A stretch of 64,000 nucleotides of DNA from Octopus sinensis (GCF_006345805.1 NC_043002.1:91822001-91886000); one strand, 5' to 3'; numbered from the stretch's first letter, positions 1 through 12,485 are shown. Made by a program: numbers and translations. Notes: generated by a model not told the origin, from the letters alone.

Positions 1-159
1 TATCCTTAATAAGATAATTCATTCAACTACTCAAATATATATATATGTAAATACATATATACATATGTGTGTGTATATATATATATATAAACATTCACTC
101 GTATACATAAATTCATAATACATACACTGTCATTTATACTCATAAAAAGGCATGTACAT

Positions 160-206
160 ACAAATATATATATATATATACATCAGACACATACACACAT
201 ATATAC

Positions 207-237
<31 letters not shown>

Positions 238-298
238 GACAGACAGACAGACAGAGACAGACAGACAGAAAGACAGATAAATAGACAGACAAGGAGAC

Positions 299-378
<80 letters not shown>
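160..378. repeat. Compound microsatellite (TA)n-(GA)n-(GACA)n-(GATA)n
   Basis: Directly visible; explains the spurious SIYL-repeat ORF 140-472. Confidence 0.95.
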
Positions 379-379
<1 letters not shown>

Positions 380-971
380 CATGTACATGAACACGTGTAT
401 ACGTAATATACCTCTATTCAAATTAGTGCAGCTTGGGTAATTTTTCTTTTCGCTATGTTTGGCTGAACACACACGACTGGAGAGTTAGTTTGCTCACCAA
501 TTTTATGTTGATTTGTTCATATCTTCTAACAACTCATAGTGTCCTGGTAGAAGAAGCGTCGTCAAAATTGTTAATTTGACGATGTTGACTCAGCTTTCCG
601 TATTATTTATGGCTATCTTTGGAGCAATAGACGTATTATTGTGGTATTATGGTCGTGCTTCTGTTGTACAGTATTGGAATAAAGTGAGTAAAATGTATTA
701 AAACAGACATTCGCTGAAGAAATTAGTCGGGAATTTAGTTATATAGCTTTGCAAGTTTATTAGTATTAGAAAATGTGATAGAGAGCGGTGGACGCAAAGA
801 GAAGATATGATGAAGAAAGTGAGAGGGAAGGAGGACAGATGAACAGACCCGGAGATAGAGAGAGAGAAAGAGAGGAGGGAGAGTGAAGGAAGGAGAAACG
901 TACGGGTAGAAGAATGAAAATGGGAGGATAATAAGGACAGACGTAAAGGAGAGTAAAGTGAGGCAAGACAG

Positions 972-1029
<58 letters not shown>
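972..1029. repeat. (GA)n microsatellite within a purine-rich tract
   Basis: Directly visible. Confidence 0.95.
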
Positions 1030-1031
<2 letters not shown>

Positions 1032-1337
1032 CGACAGAAAAAGGGGAGAGGTGGAGAGATGGAATCAAACGTTATTTTCCTAAATGTTCATGAATGATTT
1101 TAAAGAGAAATGACTGATTAACCGTCATGTTTAAGAAGTTTGCTTCGAAACCACATTACGTGTGTGAGTGTATATATATGTGTGTGTGTGTGTATGTATG
1201 TGTGTGTATGTATGTGTGTGTGTGTGTGTGTAGAAAGTTGAAAAAGAACACACGAGTTGATATGTATAAGGAAAAAGTCAAGGTAGAATATGCTAAAATA
1301 ATTTTATCATAAAAAACATTTTAGTACTGGTTTCAGT

Positions 1338-1375
<38 letters not shown>

Positions 1376-1440
1376 GGTGTGTATCTATGTACATGTTTAG
1401 TGTATGTGTGTGTGTATAAGCATATGCATACAATTATACA

Positions 1441-1500
1441 TACGCTAGCGTTTGTGCGGAGGCGGGCGGTGACGCACATGCGCAGTTTATCTAAACTGAA
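1441..1500. promoter_or_regulatory. Possible promoter-like GC patch (GC box, CRE-like, NRF1-like motifs)
   Basis: GGAGGCGGGCGGTGACGCACATGCGCAG in AT-rich surroundings; motif resemblance only. Confidence 0.2.
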
Positions 1501-1899
1501 TTCTACTTATTCCAATTTGAGTTTTCCTGTGATACCGGTCATCAAATGAACTTTATCTTTCCCCGTATTTCAAGAGGTCTCGTTATTTTGTATACGGGTA
1601 GTACGTTTTTTGTTTTTTTTTACATTGGCCAGTTTGAAATGTTGCTATATTAAAGTGAAGACATACATCGTTGTTATCGTTTCGTCTGTTCTGTTTTCAT
1701 TTATCGATTTCATTATTATATCAGGGTTTTCATATATTTTAATTTACCATTTTTTTTTTATCATTGTGGCATTACCAATTTTACATTCGCAAATCTAGTT
1801 GTTGCTCTGGACCTACTCTATGATTTGAAAACATATCCTGTTTGCTTTAAATCGTTTATGTGAATATACAATAGAATGTATTCGAAATTTAAACAAAAA

Positions 1900-2790
1900 T
1901 ATCATTATATTAGCAAGAAAGCAGTTCATGAAATAGCTGATCCAAGAAGTTGATCAAAACGCAAGTATTGGAAAAATTTGCCATCATGAAAAAGACAAAC
2001 ACGTCATACCCAAATGATTAACATTTGGTTTCTCGTTTAGAACCAGCAATGTGCACCGTAACTAAAGACTTACAGAAATTCGAATGCAACTTAGACTTGA
2101 CAGAGTGGGCAAATTTTTTTTAATCTAGAAGAGGATTTTAAGGACAAATTTCATTCAGACGCAGAAAAAAACAAAATATCTGTACGTTACAGACGAGGTC
2201 TCACCCTAACATTCTCCTGAAAAGCATTGTAAAAATATATCAAAACAAAACCTAACGTATACAACGCAACCCCCAGAAAATCACAAGAATAACCAACAAA
2301 TTTGTAGAAAGTCAGAACAGGATAAGTAGCAAGGTGACAGAATAACCACAAACCTAGTTTCCTATTTCTCTTTATATATGTAGGTTGATTTACGTGTATT
2401 GATCAAAGATCCTAGAATATATCAACACAAAAATTAGACAAGTGACAAGAATATAGAACAGAACTGAAGCATAACTATCATCGATTAGTCGGACGGCATA
2501 CAAATTCCTACCATTTCGGCATTATAGAATTAACCAGCCGATCAGAAATACCTAAAAATAATAGACTAGACGTTTATAATAGATTAACAACGATAAGCGA
2601 CCAACAGATAAATTTAATAATGTAATTGAAAAGATCTTGCCTTTGTATTCTACGAATACTCGCCATGGATAAAGAAAGAAAGCAAAATGTTTTCCAAAAT
2701 AAGCATGGGATGCTAGATGTGGCAGAGATTGCAAACTGGTGGAATTTAGAAAAGGGCTTTACAGTGATGATGGCCTAGCAATGTCTCAAA
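1900..2790 (+). mobile_element. Decayed Penelope-like element RT fragment
   Basis: Near 2700-2780, frameshifted MGC-(Y)DVAEI(C)KLVEF followed by GLYSDDGLA, matching the PLE RT motifs MGSYDGAExCELVG and LYRDDGLA; many stops. Confidence 0.55.
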
Positions 2791-3764
2791 ACAGGAACAG
2801 TCACTTTAGTCACTTTTTTAAATAATGAACAGTCAATTTAGTCACCTTTTAAAGTAAATAAATAAAAAAGAAATATCTAATAAATGCTTTCAAGGAGTTG
2901 ATATACTACAGCATATAAACAATGTTTGCTTCATCAACAGAAGGAATGAAGTGATATGAAGCCGCACACCAGAATGCATTCATTTTCAAAAGCTGATTTA
3001 GACCGGCTTGTTTATCATATGAAATTTTGGGGAGGTGGGAGTCGACAACTAAGAACTATTGTTTTGTTGTTATTGCCTTTTTTTTATTTCTGTCGTATTC
3101 TTAAAGAGAGTTAGGGTGTGATTGTGTCAGGTCGTTTAGAACTTTGTTGTTGTTCATTGTTGTGTTTTTGTTTAAGATAGGAAGGTGTGATCTATGGATA
3201 TTTGCTCGTGATTTCAATAGTCTGAGTTCGTTCAGAGTTAAACAGTGACAATAAAACAAAAAACAACAAAAGCTCAAAAATGGATTTCAGCAATAACAAC
3301 GCACCCTCTCTGCTCAAGATCTACAAACATGGGGTAAAGAGGGTATATCATTCATGAGGTCTCAAATGGCGACGAGAGGACTTTGAGAAACCTTGCTGAT
3401 TGATTCAGTAACCGAAAGATTAATCAAATAATTTATTAGTTAATTGGTTAATTAAGTAACTAATAATAACAAAAGAAATAAATTATAACCAGAGGATGTA
3501 TTTATTATAGGCATAATAATCCTCCCGAGATACAACAAAAGATTTAGAATATTGATAATGACAAGCAGGCTTCTTGCAGCCGCCAAATCAACAGCTACTA
3601 ACAACAGTTTCAGAAAAAGTGGAAAGTTATAATCAAAGATCACCCCACCCACATTGCATTTATGTGTGGCTGTTTCAATGTATATGTTTTAATAGTGATC
3701 TTTGTGTTAAAGACCCACGAAGATCGTAAGGATTTCCATTTCGTAATATTGCTTTCATATTTTT

Positions 3765-3960
3765 GTACAAGGCCAGTAATTTCGGGAGAGGGGGCCAGTC
3801 GGTTACATCGACTTCCATGCTCAACTGTTCCTTATTTTATCGACTCTGAAAGGATGAAAGGTAAAATCGACTCGAGTGGGATTTGAACTCAGAACACAAA
3901 ACTTGCAGCAAGACATTTTGGTTAGCATGCAAACGATTCTGCTCGCTCATCGTCTTATCC
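3765..3960 (-). mobile_element. SINE, family M (head AAGGCGGCGAGCTGGCAGAA), decayed copy
   Basis: Similar to the 3975-4190 copy (GAAAGGATGAAAGG...GATTTGAACTCAGAAC). Confidence 0.7.
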
Positions 3961-3974
3961 ATTTCGAAATATTA

Positions 3975-4190
3975 TTTTCTACTCTAAGCACAAGGCCCGA
4001 AATTTTGGGGGAGCGGGTCAGTCGATGAGATCGACCCCAGTACGCAACTAGTACTTAATTTATCGACCCCGAAAGGATGAAAAGCAAAGTCGACCTCGGC
4101 GGAATTTGAACTCAGAACGTAGCGGCAGACGAAATACCGCTAAGCATTTCGCCCGCCGTGTTAACGTTTCTGCCAGCTCGCCGCCTTCTA
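3975..4190 (-). mobile_element. SINE, family M, near-complete copy (tRNA-like head; central domain resembling the MetaSINE domain)
   Basis: Reverse strand reads AAGGCGGCGAGCTGGCAGAAACGTT...GAGTTCAAATTCC (B-box)...GTCGACTTTGCTTTTCATCCTTTCGGGGTCGATAAATTAAGTA. More than 15 related copies occur in the window (e.g. 4333-4550, 9265-9450, 12843-13460, 33830-34055, 39095-39305, 51117-51320, 54340-54705, 56340-56555, 59640-59850). The Meta-domain assignment is from memory. Confidence 0.8.
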
Positions 4191-4848
4191 TTTCGTAATA
4201 TTAAATAAATCAGTCTGCCGGGGTCGACTTTATCTTTCATCCTTTTAAGGTGGATAAAATAAGTATCAGTTGAGCACTAGGGTCGACTGACGCTTTCCTC
4301 GGGATTATTGGCCTTGTCCCAAAATAAATCAATAAGGCAGCGAACTGGCAGAGTCGTTAGCATGTCGGGCAAAACGGTTAGCGGCATTTCACCTGTCTTT
4401 ACGTACTGAGTTAAAATTTCACCGAGGTTCGACTCAGCGTTTCATCCTGACGTCGTCGATAAAATAAATACCAGCTAAATACTGATTCGATGTAATCGAC
4501 TATGGCCTTGTACCAAAACTGTTAGCCTTGTACCAAAATTTGAAACCAATAGTAAATAAATCCGTCTCTTATTCCGAATGTAATAACTTTTTAAAGATAT
4601 GCAAAATAAGGGGAAAAAATCATTTGCTTCAGTAGGCGATGTATATTAATTATACAATGCATCGGCTGATGAAATAGCATTGCATTGAAAATATTGTTGC
4701 TGTTGATAATGATGATGATAATGGTTTTGATAATGGTCTTACAACCCCATTCCTAACAAGTATTTGTGAAAATAATTAACTAATAGAAGGTGTGCGTGGG
4801 CGTATGTATGTGCATATATATATATACGTATATATCAATAGTACATAA

Positions 4849-4881
<33 letters not shown>

Positions 4882-5824
4882 TAATGTATGTATGTAGGTG
4901 GGTAGGTATAATGTAATTGCTTGAAGCTATTTGTGAAAATGGAAGTTTTAATACGTAGATATTTGGTAATTGATTGTACGATATCCTAATTACACTACAG
5001 TAAATTGTAACAAAAACAGATTTTTATTTCTAGTTTTACTAATAAAACGATAAAACCTCTCCAATGCAGTATCTCCATTTCGTCTGTCGCTTACCATATA
5101 TTTTTGTTGCTCAAATTCATGTTTAATTTTTCGCAGCAAGACCCGTGACAACTTATCGTTTGTTCAAGACAAAAGACAAATTAGGATTAACAAATACTAT
5201 TCGTGGACTGAAAATTTGTAAAATATTTCAGGGTCATTGTTTGCCTATATGCTTCTTTTTTCCTTGTATTTCTTCAGGCTCGTCGAACACTTTGTTCACT
5301 TCTCACCGTGGTCAAATCTAAATGCCACCCTCCAAACGATAATGAAATACATCGTCCAAGGTAGCGCAGTGGCAGAAACGTAACAGAGTCAGACAAAGCA
5401 CTTTGCGCTGAAGAGTAAAGACTAAGCTATGACTGATGTTGTTTAATCCCAGGTCAGCAGATCGTTCTTCGAAGATAAGCTAGCGATGACCATCTCTCCT
5501 TTTTATGTGTTCGATGCCATTAGTACTAATGGCTGTCATTCTCGTCACGGTTATAATTTCAACTGATTAAAAATCATTTGCGGCTCACTGCATTAAATAT
5601 GTCAGCCTGCGCTTCTCTACTTATTTTTCATACAGATGGTCTCCCTGAGAATATTTATTTATAAATTGATTAATTCGTTGAATTGGGTGATAATGCTACA
5701 AATAACGAGCGAAAATCTATGCCAACACGTATATCAGCAAAAATGTTTTATAAGTGTTGTAATTGAAAGGGTAGAATACTGAATTAATAAACATTATATC
5801 TAAGAGACATAAGTCTTGTCAGCT

Positions 5825-6112
5825 TGCCTCATGATCCCGACAGAAAAAAATGGAAAAGGCGTTGCCCCGGACAATGGCGAGAAAGACGCGCTGGAGCAGC
5901 CACTCCAACTCACCGGGCTCGCTCTTGCGGTTAGCCATCCCTGTCCCGGTAGCACTGAGAATGAATATAGTCCAGAAGCTATGAATGCCCGAGGCCTCCA
6001 CTGCCAGAGGCTGGACCACAAATCCAATATATTTTTTTTGCCTTTTCAAGACATTTTTGTGTGCTCTAAGGCTGAAAATCATTCTACTGTGTAGAAGCTT
6101 CTTGGTTGACAT
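5825..6112 (-). mobile_element. C-terminal restriction-like endonuclease fragment of a CRE-type non-LTR retrotransposon (decayed)
   Basis: ORF 5819-6112 gives KRQKKY..FVVQPLAVEASG...EWLLQRVFLAIVRGNAFSI, resembling the CRE-clade C-terminal pattern KxxKY..FxPxAVETxG..QRxSxAIQRGNAxSI. Confidence 0.5.
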
Positions 6113-6754
6113 GCAGTTTCACTGGATCGAAACCCGAATCAAATTCTCTGATCACGTTAGAAGTCATTTCATGTCATTTGCGATTTACATAGCTGATGCC
6201 TTTTAAGAAACTTGACAGCGTCACACCTTTCCATGCCTATAAATGACTATAACTGTAAAGTCTGTGTTGAATACAGACTAAATATGCAGAAATGAAAACG
6301 GAACAGAAACATTGCTTAGATTTGTAAACTAATTTGGAGGAAAATAATTCATTGAATTATTTTTTCATTATATTTTTATTTATTTAATTTCAATTTCCTC
6401 AATGAAAATGAGAAAATGTAGTTGCATCTTTTAACATAAATATTTGTTCTAATATTACTGTAAGGCAAAGTTAACAATGTATGTAGACTATTGTATTTGA
6501 AATAGCTGACATTAGAAATTTTGTATAACTTTTTTTGTAATAACGACAATCTTAGAAGTAAAACGTTTAGAGCGGAGCTTGGTAGTCAACGCTCGAATCC
6601 TCTCCGGAAAAAAGAACACGCCATCTTTTAAAGAATGTAGAGAAGAGTAAGCTAAATAGACGATGAGGAGTAGATAGCCCACAAAATGCATAATATGGCT
6701 ATGTTCATACTTGATTTAATAGATAATTGGATATTAATTGTATTGGAAGCTAAC

Positions 6755-6794
6755 AGGCGCAGGAGTGGCTGTGTGGTAAGTAGCTTTGCTAACC
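6755..6794 (+). mobile_element. 5' head of CORE-type SINE (family C), split by element A
   Basis: AGGCGCAGGAGTGGCTGTGTGGTAAGTAGCTTTGCTAACC matches intact heads at 50466 and 58744; the remainder of the SINE resumes at 8844. Confidence 0.85.
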
Positions 6795-8843
6795 TCTGAA
6801 CTGTTCGGACGTGTTATTTTGCTGCTCCGGATGCCACGTTGTTTCAACGTGAATAGTTGAACTTTCGACTCGATTGCAGGTAGGCATTTTGTGTTTTTGC
6901 GAGCGAAGTGAAGTTTTATTACTTGCATTAATGTTTTTTAGCATTAAATATTTTTTTAGCAGATAATAAGGCTCCACTTTGCTCCGGATATAATTTTTCT
7001 GCCTGTTGTCGAGTGTAAAGAAAATTGTATTTTTTAAGCGGCATAGTCCGTCTGAAAAAATTATTTTGAAATTGTCGTTGAGTTATCCACGGGATTTACC
7101 AAGGATTATTTTACCAAGGTGTTTCACCAACAGTGTATTTGGCCTGGAATACAATTTTTGGCCGAAAAAGTGAACAAAAAAAAAAGAAAAATTAATTCCA
7201 TTGTCTGAATTTGAACTCTCTTTCTCCGTCTATCATTCATTTGTAAAAAAAAAGAACTTTTTTTGAACTGCCATTTTAATTTTATTTCTTCCTTTCTGTT
7301 GCTTTTCTTCATTCTCCTTTCTGTGTCTAATTTATTTTGTAACATTTTGAACTGTTTTTCTTAAGTTATGGCAAGGAATTTCATTGTGTGGGAATTGACA
7401 CCTCCCAAAAAGTACTTAAAGGAACTCGAGGACAGAACCGTGGTGTTGAGGACATATTCGAGGTCGCTCGATACCATAATGGTTTTCCCGAAAGCCACCA
7501 TCATGAACGAGCTGGCAGACTATATGCCAGCCGTTAAACATATTTAACGGGGAGTCAAATACGCAACGATTTGGTTGCTGTTTGACTCCCCTAAAGCAGC
7601 TTGCGATTTCGCGAGTAAGCCCATTGAGGGCGAAGAGATTCTGTTTCTCCCAAGCTATAAGTGGGAAAAATTGATACGTTTATGGGTCTGCGGCCTGCCG
7701 CCCGGCTTTGAGCCCGAGTGGGTGGAAGATTCCATCCGCCGGGGTCTGAGTGGTGGTAGCGCCAAGATCCTGAACGTCAGAATGCAGCCTGCGGCTGACT
7801 GGGAAGGGGCAAAGGCTACTTTGACTCTGTGGACCCAGTCGGCCAAGAGTCTGGTTTTGCCGGACTTCTTGAAGATGGCCGGGTCCAAGTATCCGGTGAT
7901 GCTCGAGGGACGCGCCCCCAAGTGTCACCTGTGTTCGGAGACCGGCCACATTAAGAAAAACTGCCCCAGGAACCAGAGTAGGATCCTGGAGAAGTTAATA
8001 TCAGAGCCACTCCCTGCCCCACCAGTGGAGGGAGAAAAACAAAATGAGGAGGGGGAAAAATCCTCCTCCAAAAGAAAAAGAAGAGTGGGGAGCAATGGCG
8101 ACCCACCAAAGGAACCGGAGGCTGCGGAAGAAAAAGAGGACCCGGTGCGTATAGCACCGGAACCTCAACCTCCCGAGGCCCAGCGTAAAAAGAAAAAGAA
8201 AAAGAGGAACGGGACGCCACCAGCGGACTGTAACACCCAAAGGGCGTCTCCCATGTGTCCTCCGGCGGTTGTGATGCCGGAGAAATTTTATGTAGTCCTC
8301 TTCCATAAAGGAGGCACTGTAGAAAATGAAATACGTAAGAGGAGGAAGAGAAACCAATGGGAGGGACTTCGGTCCTGCATGGAGTATCCCGAGTGGCCTT
8401 CGCAGCTGGCTGCGGAGGTCCTACTCGAAAATGATATGTGCAGGATCGAGAATTCTTTCCCGGAGGATCTCTTGCAAGTCATACCTGTATGCGGAAGCCT
8501 GACGATGGACGATTGCGTCATTAAAGCAAGAGAGTTCATCGGTCAGGTAACGTAAAATTGTAATTGTGTTACATTGTGACAGAGGTTTATTGCCTCTGAA
8601 GAGACTTTTAAAAGTGTAAATTGTAAATTGAAATTTTTGTGAAAATTTTTTGAATTTTTTGTAATTTTTGAAATTTTGTAAATTATTGAAAAAAAGAACA
8701 TTGTTTTAGAGAAGCAAAAGTCGGCGGGCGCTTTCTGACTTCTCCCATCACCATCGTCATCCACCACCACCATCATCCATTAATGTCCTTGTCCAGCCCG
8801 CAGCTACTCTGTGTGCTGCCCTAGTGGCAAATTATATAAAATA
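6795..8843 (+). mobile_element. Element A: ORF1-only non-autonomous L1/Tx1-type retroelement (HAL1-like), about 2.05 kb
   Basis: Flanked by TSD AAGTAGCTT(T)GCTAACC (6778-6794 and 8844-8859); about 570 bp 5' UTR, gag-like ORF, about 290 bp 3' UTR ending ATTATATAAAATA; no ORF2. Confidence 0.8.
7368..8555 (+). pseudogene. ORF1/gag-like protein (RRM-like region, CCHC zinc knuckle, basic tail) with one premature stop
   Basis: ATG at 7368 is in frame with ORF 7575-8555; single TAA at 7545-7547; knuckle CHLCSETGHIKKNC (CX2CX4HX4C). Confidence 0.8.
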
Positions 8844-9235
8844 AAGTAGCTTGCTAACCAGCCACATGGTTCCGTTTCTGTTCCACTGCGTGGCATCTTG
8901 GGTAAGTGTCTTCTGCTATAGCCCCGGGCCGACCAATGCCTTGTGAGTGGATTTGGTACGGAAACTGAAAGAAGCCTGTCGTATATATGTATATATATAT
9001 ATATATAAATAAGTGTGTGTGTATATGTTTGTGTGTCTGTGTTTGTCCCCCTAGCACTGCTTGACAACCGATGCTGGTGTGTTTACGTCCCCGTCACTTA
9101 GCGGTTCGGCAAAAGAGACCGATAGAATAAGTACTGGGCTTACAAAGAATAAGTCCCGGGGTCGATTTGCTCGACTAAAGGCGGTGCTCCAGCATGGCCG
9201 CAGTCAAAAGTCTGAAACGAGCTAAGAGTAAAGAG
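8844..9235 (+). mobile_element. Remainder of CORE-type SINE (family C)
   Basis: CORE-like block CTTGGGTAAGTGTCTTCTGCTATAGCC, internal (TA)/(TG) tract, tail GGCGGTGCTCCAGCATGGCCGCAGTC...GAGTAAAGAGT. Resembles the octopus OR-type CORE SINEs (from memory). Confidence 0.85.
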
Positions 9236-9479
9236 TGAATCAAATACATTAAATATTGATTTCAAATTTTAGCATAAGGCCAGCAGTTCTGGGGTAGGGG
9301 ATAAGTCGATTATATCGATTCCAGTGTCCAACTGTAACTTATTTTATTGATCCCGAAATGATGGAAAGCAAATTCAAATTGGCGGAATTTGATCTTAGAA
9401 TGTAAAGACATTTTGCTTGACGTGCTAACGATTCTACCAGCTCACCGCCTTAAATACACTAAATATCGAATACAAGTTT

Positions 9480-9855
9480 CTCCAGTTATGTGGAATCGGA
9501 AATTTAGAGCATATAAAGTTATTTACCAAAATGGTTGCATCCCGCTTACAGCTTTCAGTGTACATAGGACGCAACTAGTTATTACAGAACACAAGAGGCC
9601 ATTGTAATAGATATAGAAGGAAAACTACGTCCGTAGGTCAGAGGTTGATAACCGTTGTCCAACAATCAGATGTCCTTCTTTTGAATTGTTTCTAGTAATC
9701 ACCAGGTCTCCTATATGAGTGGAGAAGCCCATAGCTTTGTGGAGAGTCAGAAATTCATCAGGACTAAAGTATTTTTTCAGATTAAAGCGGAAGGCTAGTT
9801 GTTTGGGACGCTGTTTTGTGTGTTTGTACATGTGTGTGTGTGAGTGCATGGTGTG

Positions 9856-9890
<35 letters not shown>

Positions 9891-11013
9891 GTGTTGTGTG
9901 TGTGTGTGTGTGTGTGTGGTCACCAGTGGAGTGTACGAGTATTAATGCTTGTGAAGCCATTGGTAGCAACTTTGAGGTTTTAAACTGCGCATTGTCCATG
10001 GTTATAGAAGATATAACACGCAAGATTACTTCCTTGATATGAACAGCAATTATATATTTGTGCTGTTGAATCTAGCTCGTCATTTCCTTAATTGAAAGAT
10101 ATTTTCGGGATCTCTGTCACTGAAAGAGGTGCAGTTTTAATATGATGTGACAAGGTTGCATGTAGATGATAGCTGGATGCAGAAAGTTAGGTATGAAGGA
10201 AGGCTAGTACATGCTACATAAGAAGGAGTGTTTCTAGAAGTGACAGAAAGCAAGTTAATTATACTTAGAAAGGAGTGTATGAGAGACATAACCGAAACAA
10301 GCTAACACAAAAATTGAGAAAAATTTAATTAGAGGCTGCTTCCTCAATGCATTCTAAAATGGAATCACAATGATAGTAAAGGCTACTTTGTTAAACCATA
10401 TGGTGTACCTATTCAAAACGAGGAGGCTGTGCTCCGCTCCAAGAGTTAGAGACCGTTCTTCTGCAGCTGAATGTGAACCAATTCGAACATTTAGGGTTGT
10501 GGTTTTGGTCACCGGCTTGACTGTATGAGATGCATTGGGAACGAAGGACATTTACTCTCAAAGGAAGAAAGCATAAAAGTAGTAAAGTTTCTTTCAATCA
10601 ACTTAAGGAATCTTAGCGTAGAGAATGTGTTACTTGTAAAATACGTATACTTCGTACTCCCAACCCACGTCTTCCAGAACAAGCTGCAAACTTATAGCTA
10701 GTTGTACCAGCATTGGGTAAGAACTGCAATATAATTTTCGAATAGATCACTCTACTTAAGATCCTTATTAACTCATATAATGGACGGTGCGGGAATGATT
10801 ATTCTTTCAAGCCCATTTCATATTGTAGTTTTTAGTAGTCTTATTAGTACCAAGCAGGAACTAATCCTTCTCTACATAGAGAGGTCACAGCAGCTCTGGT
10901 ACAACAGCCATGTGATGAGAATACCGCAGGAAAGAATTTCGGGATGCATTCTTTAAGCCGAGCCATATATATCTATGTATGTATATAGATATATCTATAT
11001 ATATGTATGCATA

Positions 11014-11047
<34 letters not shown>

Positions 11048-12300
11048 CTATATATATATAATATATATGTATGCATATATATATATATATATATGAATGT
11101 ATATATATATATGTATACATATATATATATATATGTATATATATGCATATATATATATATATTTATGTATACATATATACATATATGTATATATATATAT
11201 GTATATATGTATGTATATTTATATTTATGTATACATATATACATATATGTATATATATATATATGTATATATATGTATGTATATTTATATGTATGTATGA
11301 ATACATATGTATCCATATATGTATATATATACATATGTATATATATATATATGTATGCATATATATATGTATGTATATATATATATATACATGTATGTAT
11401 ACATATATATATGTATACATATATATGTATGTATACATATGTATGCATATATACATATGTATATATGTATATATATATATGTGTGTATATGTATATATGT
11501 ATGTATATATATAATATATATATATATATATATGTGTGTGTATATATATATGTATATATATATATATTATATATATATATATATAATATATATATATATA
11601 TGCTTATAATTCAGTATTTCTTTCAGCCTTGTTCTGGAAGTCTAACCTATTTCAATCTATATTTCGCTTACAACTTCAAGTTTAAATATCTTCCCATTAC
11701 TCTTGCCTTTTTAGCTTGTGATAACTTCTCCCGATATGTTCTAGAAAGTTTTTTGTACTTTTTGACTGAAAGAAAGATTTTGTCTGCTTCAATATTTTCG
11801 TAAGCAGAGATATATAACTTGTCTGTTTTCCCTAGTTTTGATCAGATGTTGTGGCAACGAAATGCTGTTCGGGTTTACGAAATTCTTTCATCTCTTTTAA
11901 ATTTTTTTCCATCTTGAAAATGTTCTTTCTTTTATTTTTTTTGTAAATATGAAAGATCTAAAACTTCCATTCGTTCATCTTATATTGAAGAAAATTTAGC
12001 CTTCTCAAATCTGCTATATGAAAGAATTTCAGTATTTGACATCTAAGAGATGCTACTACTATTGTTGTTAATACTATCACTGTCTTCAAGGTAACTTATT
12101 TGAGTATTTGGGGAAAGTTTCTTCGATTAGTTGTTTATGAAAGTGTTTAGTTTCTTCTTCCTGTTGTACATTTAGTTCACTATTCTGGATTTGTTCTGCT
12201 ATTTCAGTGAATGGTCTTCTAGCACTAGTGTGTATGGTAGCGGTTTTGGATGTGAAAATATATGTGCAAATAAAAGTTTAAAAGTTTGTGAAACAAACCT
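9480..12300 (-). mobile_element. Heavily decayed L2/Crack/Jockey-group LINE ORF2, interrupted by microsatellites
   Basis: Fragments in the expected order on the minus strand: [17 protein letters not shown] (linker), IHSFLS, ARFNSTNI-LLFISRK, NLKKYFSPDEFLTLHKA (cf. RLRKYFTPEQLLTLYKA). No intact YADD seen. Confidence 0.35.
10965..11600. repeat. Long compound (TA)n/(TATG)n microsatellite
   Basis: Directly visible; source of many IY-repeat ORFs. Confidence 0.95.
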
Positions 12301-12485
12301 CTTTTTTTGTTTTTTGTTGTTGTGTATAACCAGTTACCAAAGGCAGATTTTCCTTGGATAATTCTAAGTTATCTTTATCCCTTTTCCAAAGAAAATTTCA
12401 TTTCGTAATATTTGAGATAGTATTATTTCGTAATACTCGGAGACAGTATCAAAAGTACATCTTCCCACTACTACAACGAAAGAGG

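Noticed and set aside
4660-4710. CUGAUGA...GAAA hammerhead-like string
   Set aside because: Weak stems, G at the cleavage position and no repeat context.
5278-5360. Possible 83-bp coding exon with a strong acceptor
   Set aside because: The putative donor is the start of a decayed SINE head and the peptide matches nothing I recognise.
10979-11803. Long ORFs of IY/MY/HT repeats (also 23736-24396, 28064-28588, 43081-43316, 58083-58504, 60985-61748)
   Set aside because: Translations of TA/TG microsatellites, which lack stops in some frames.
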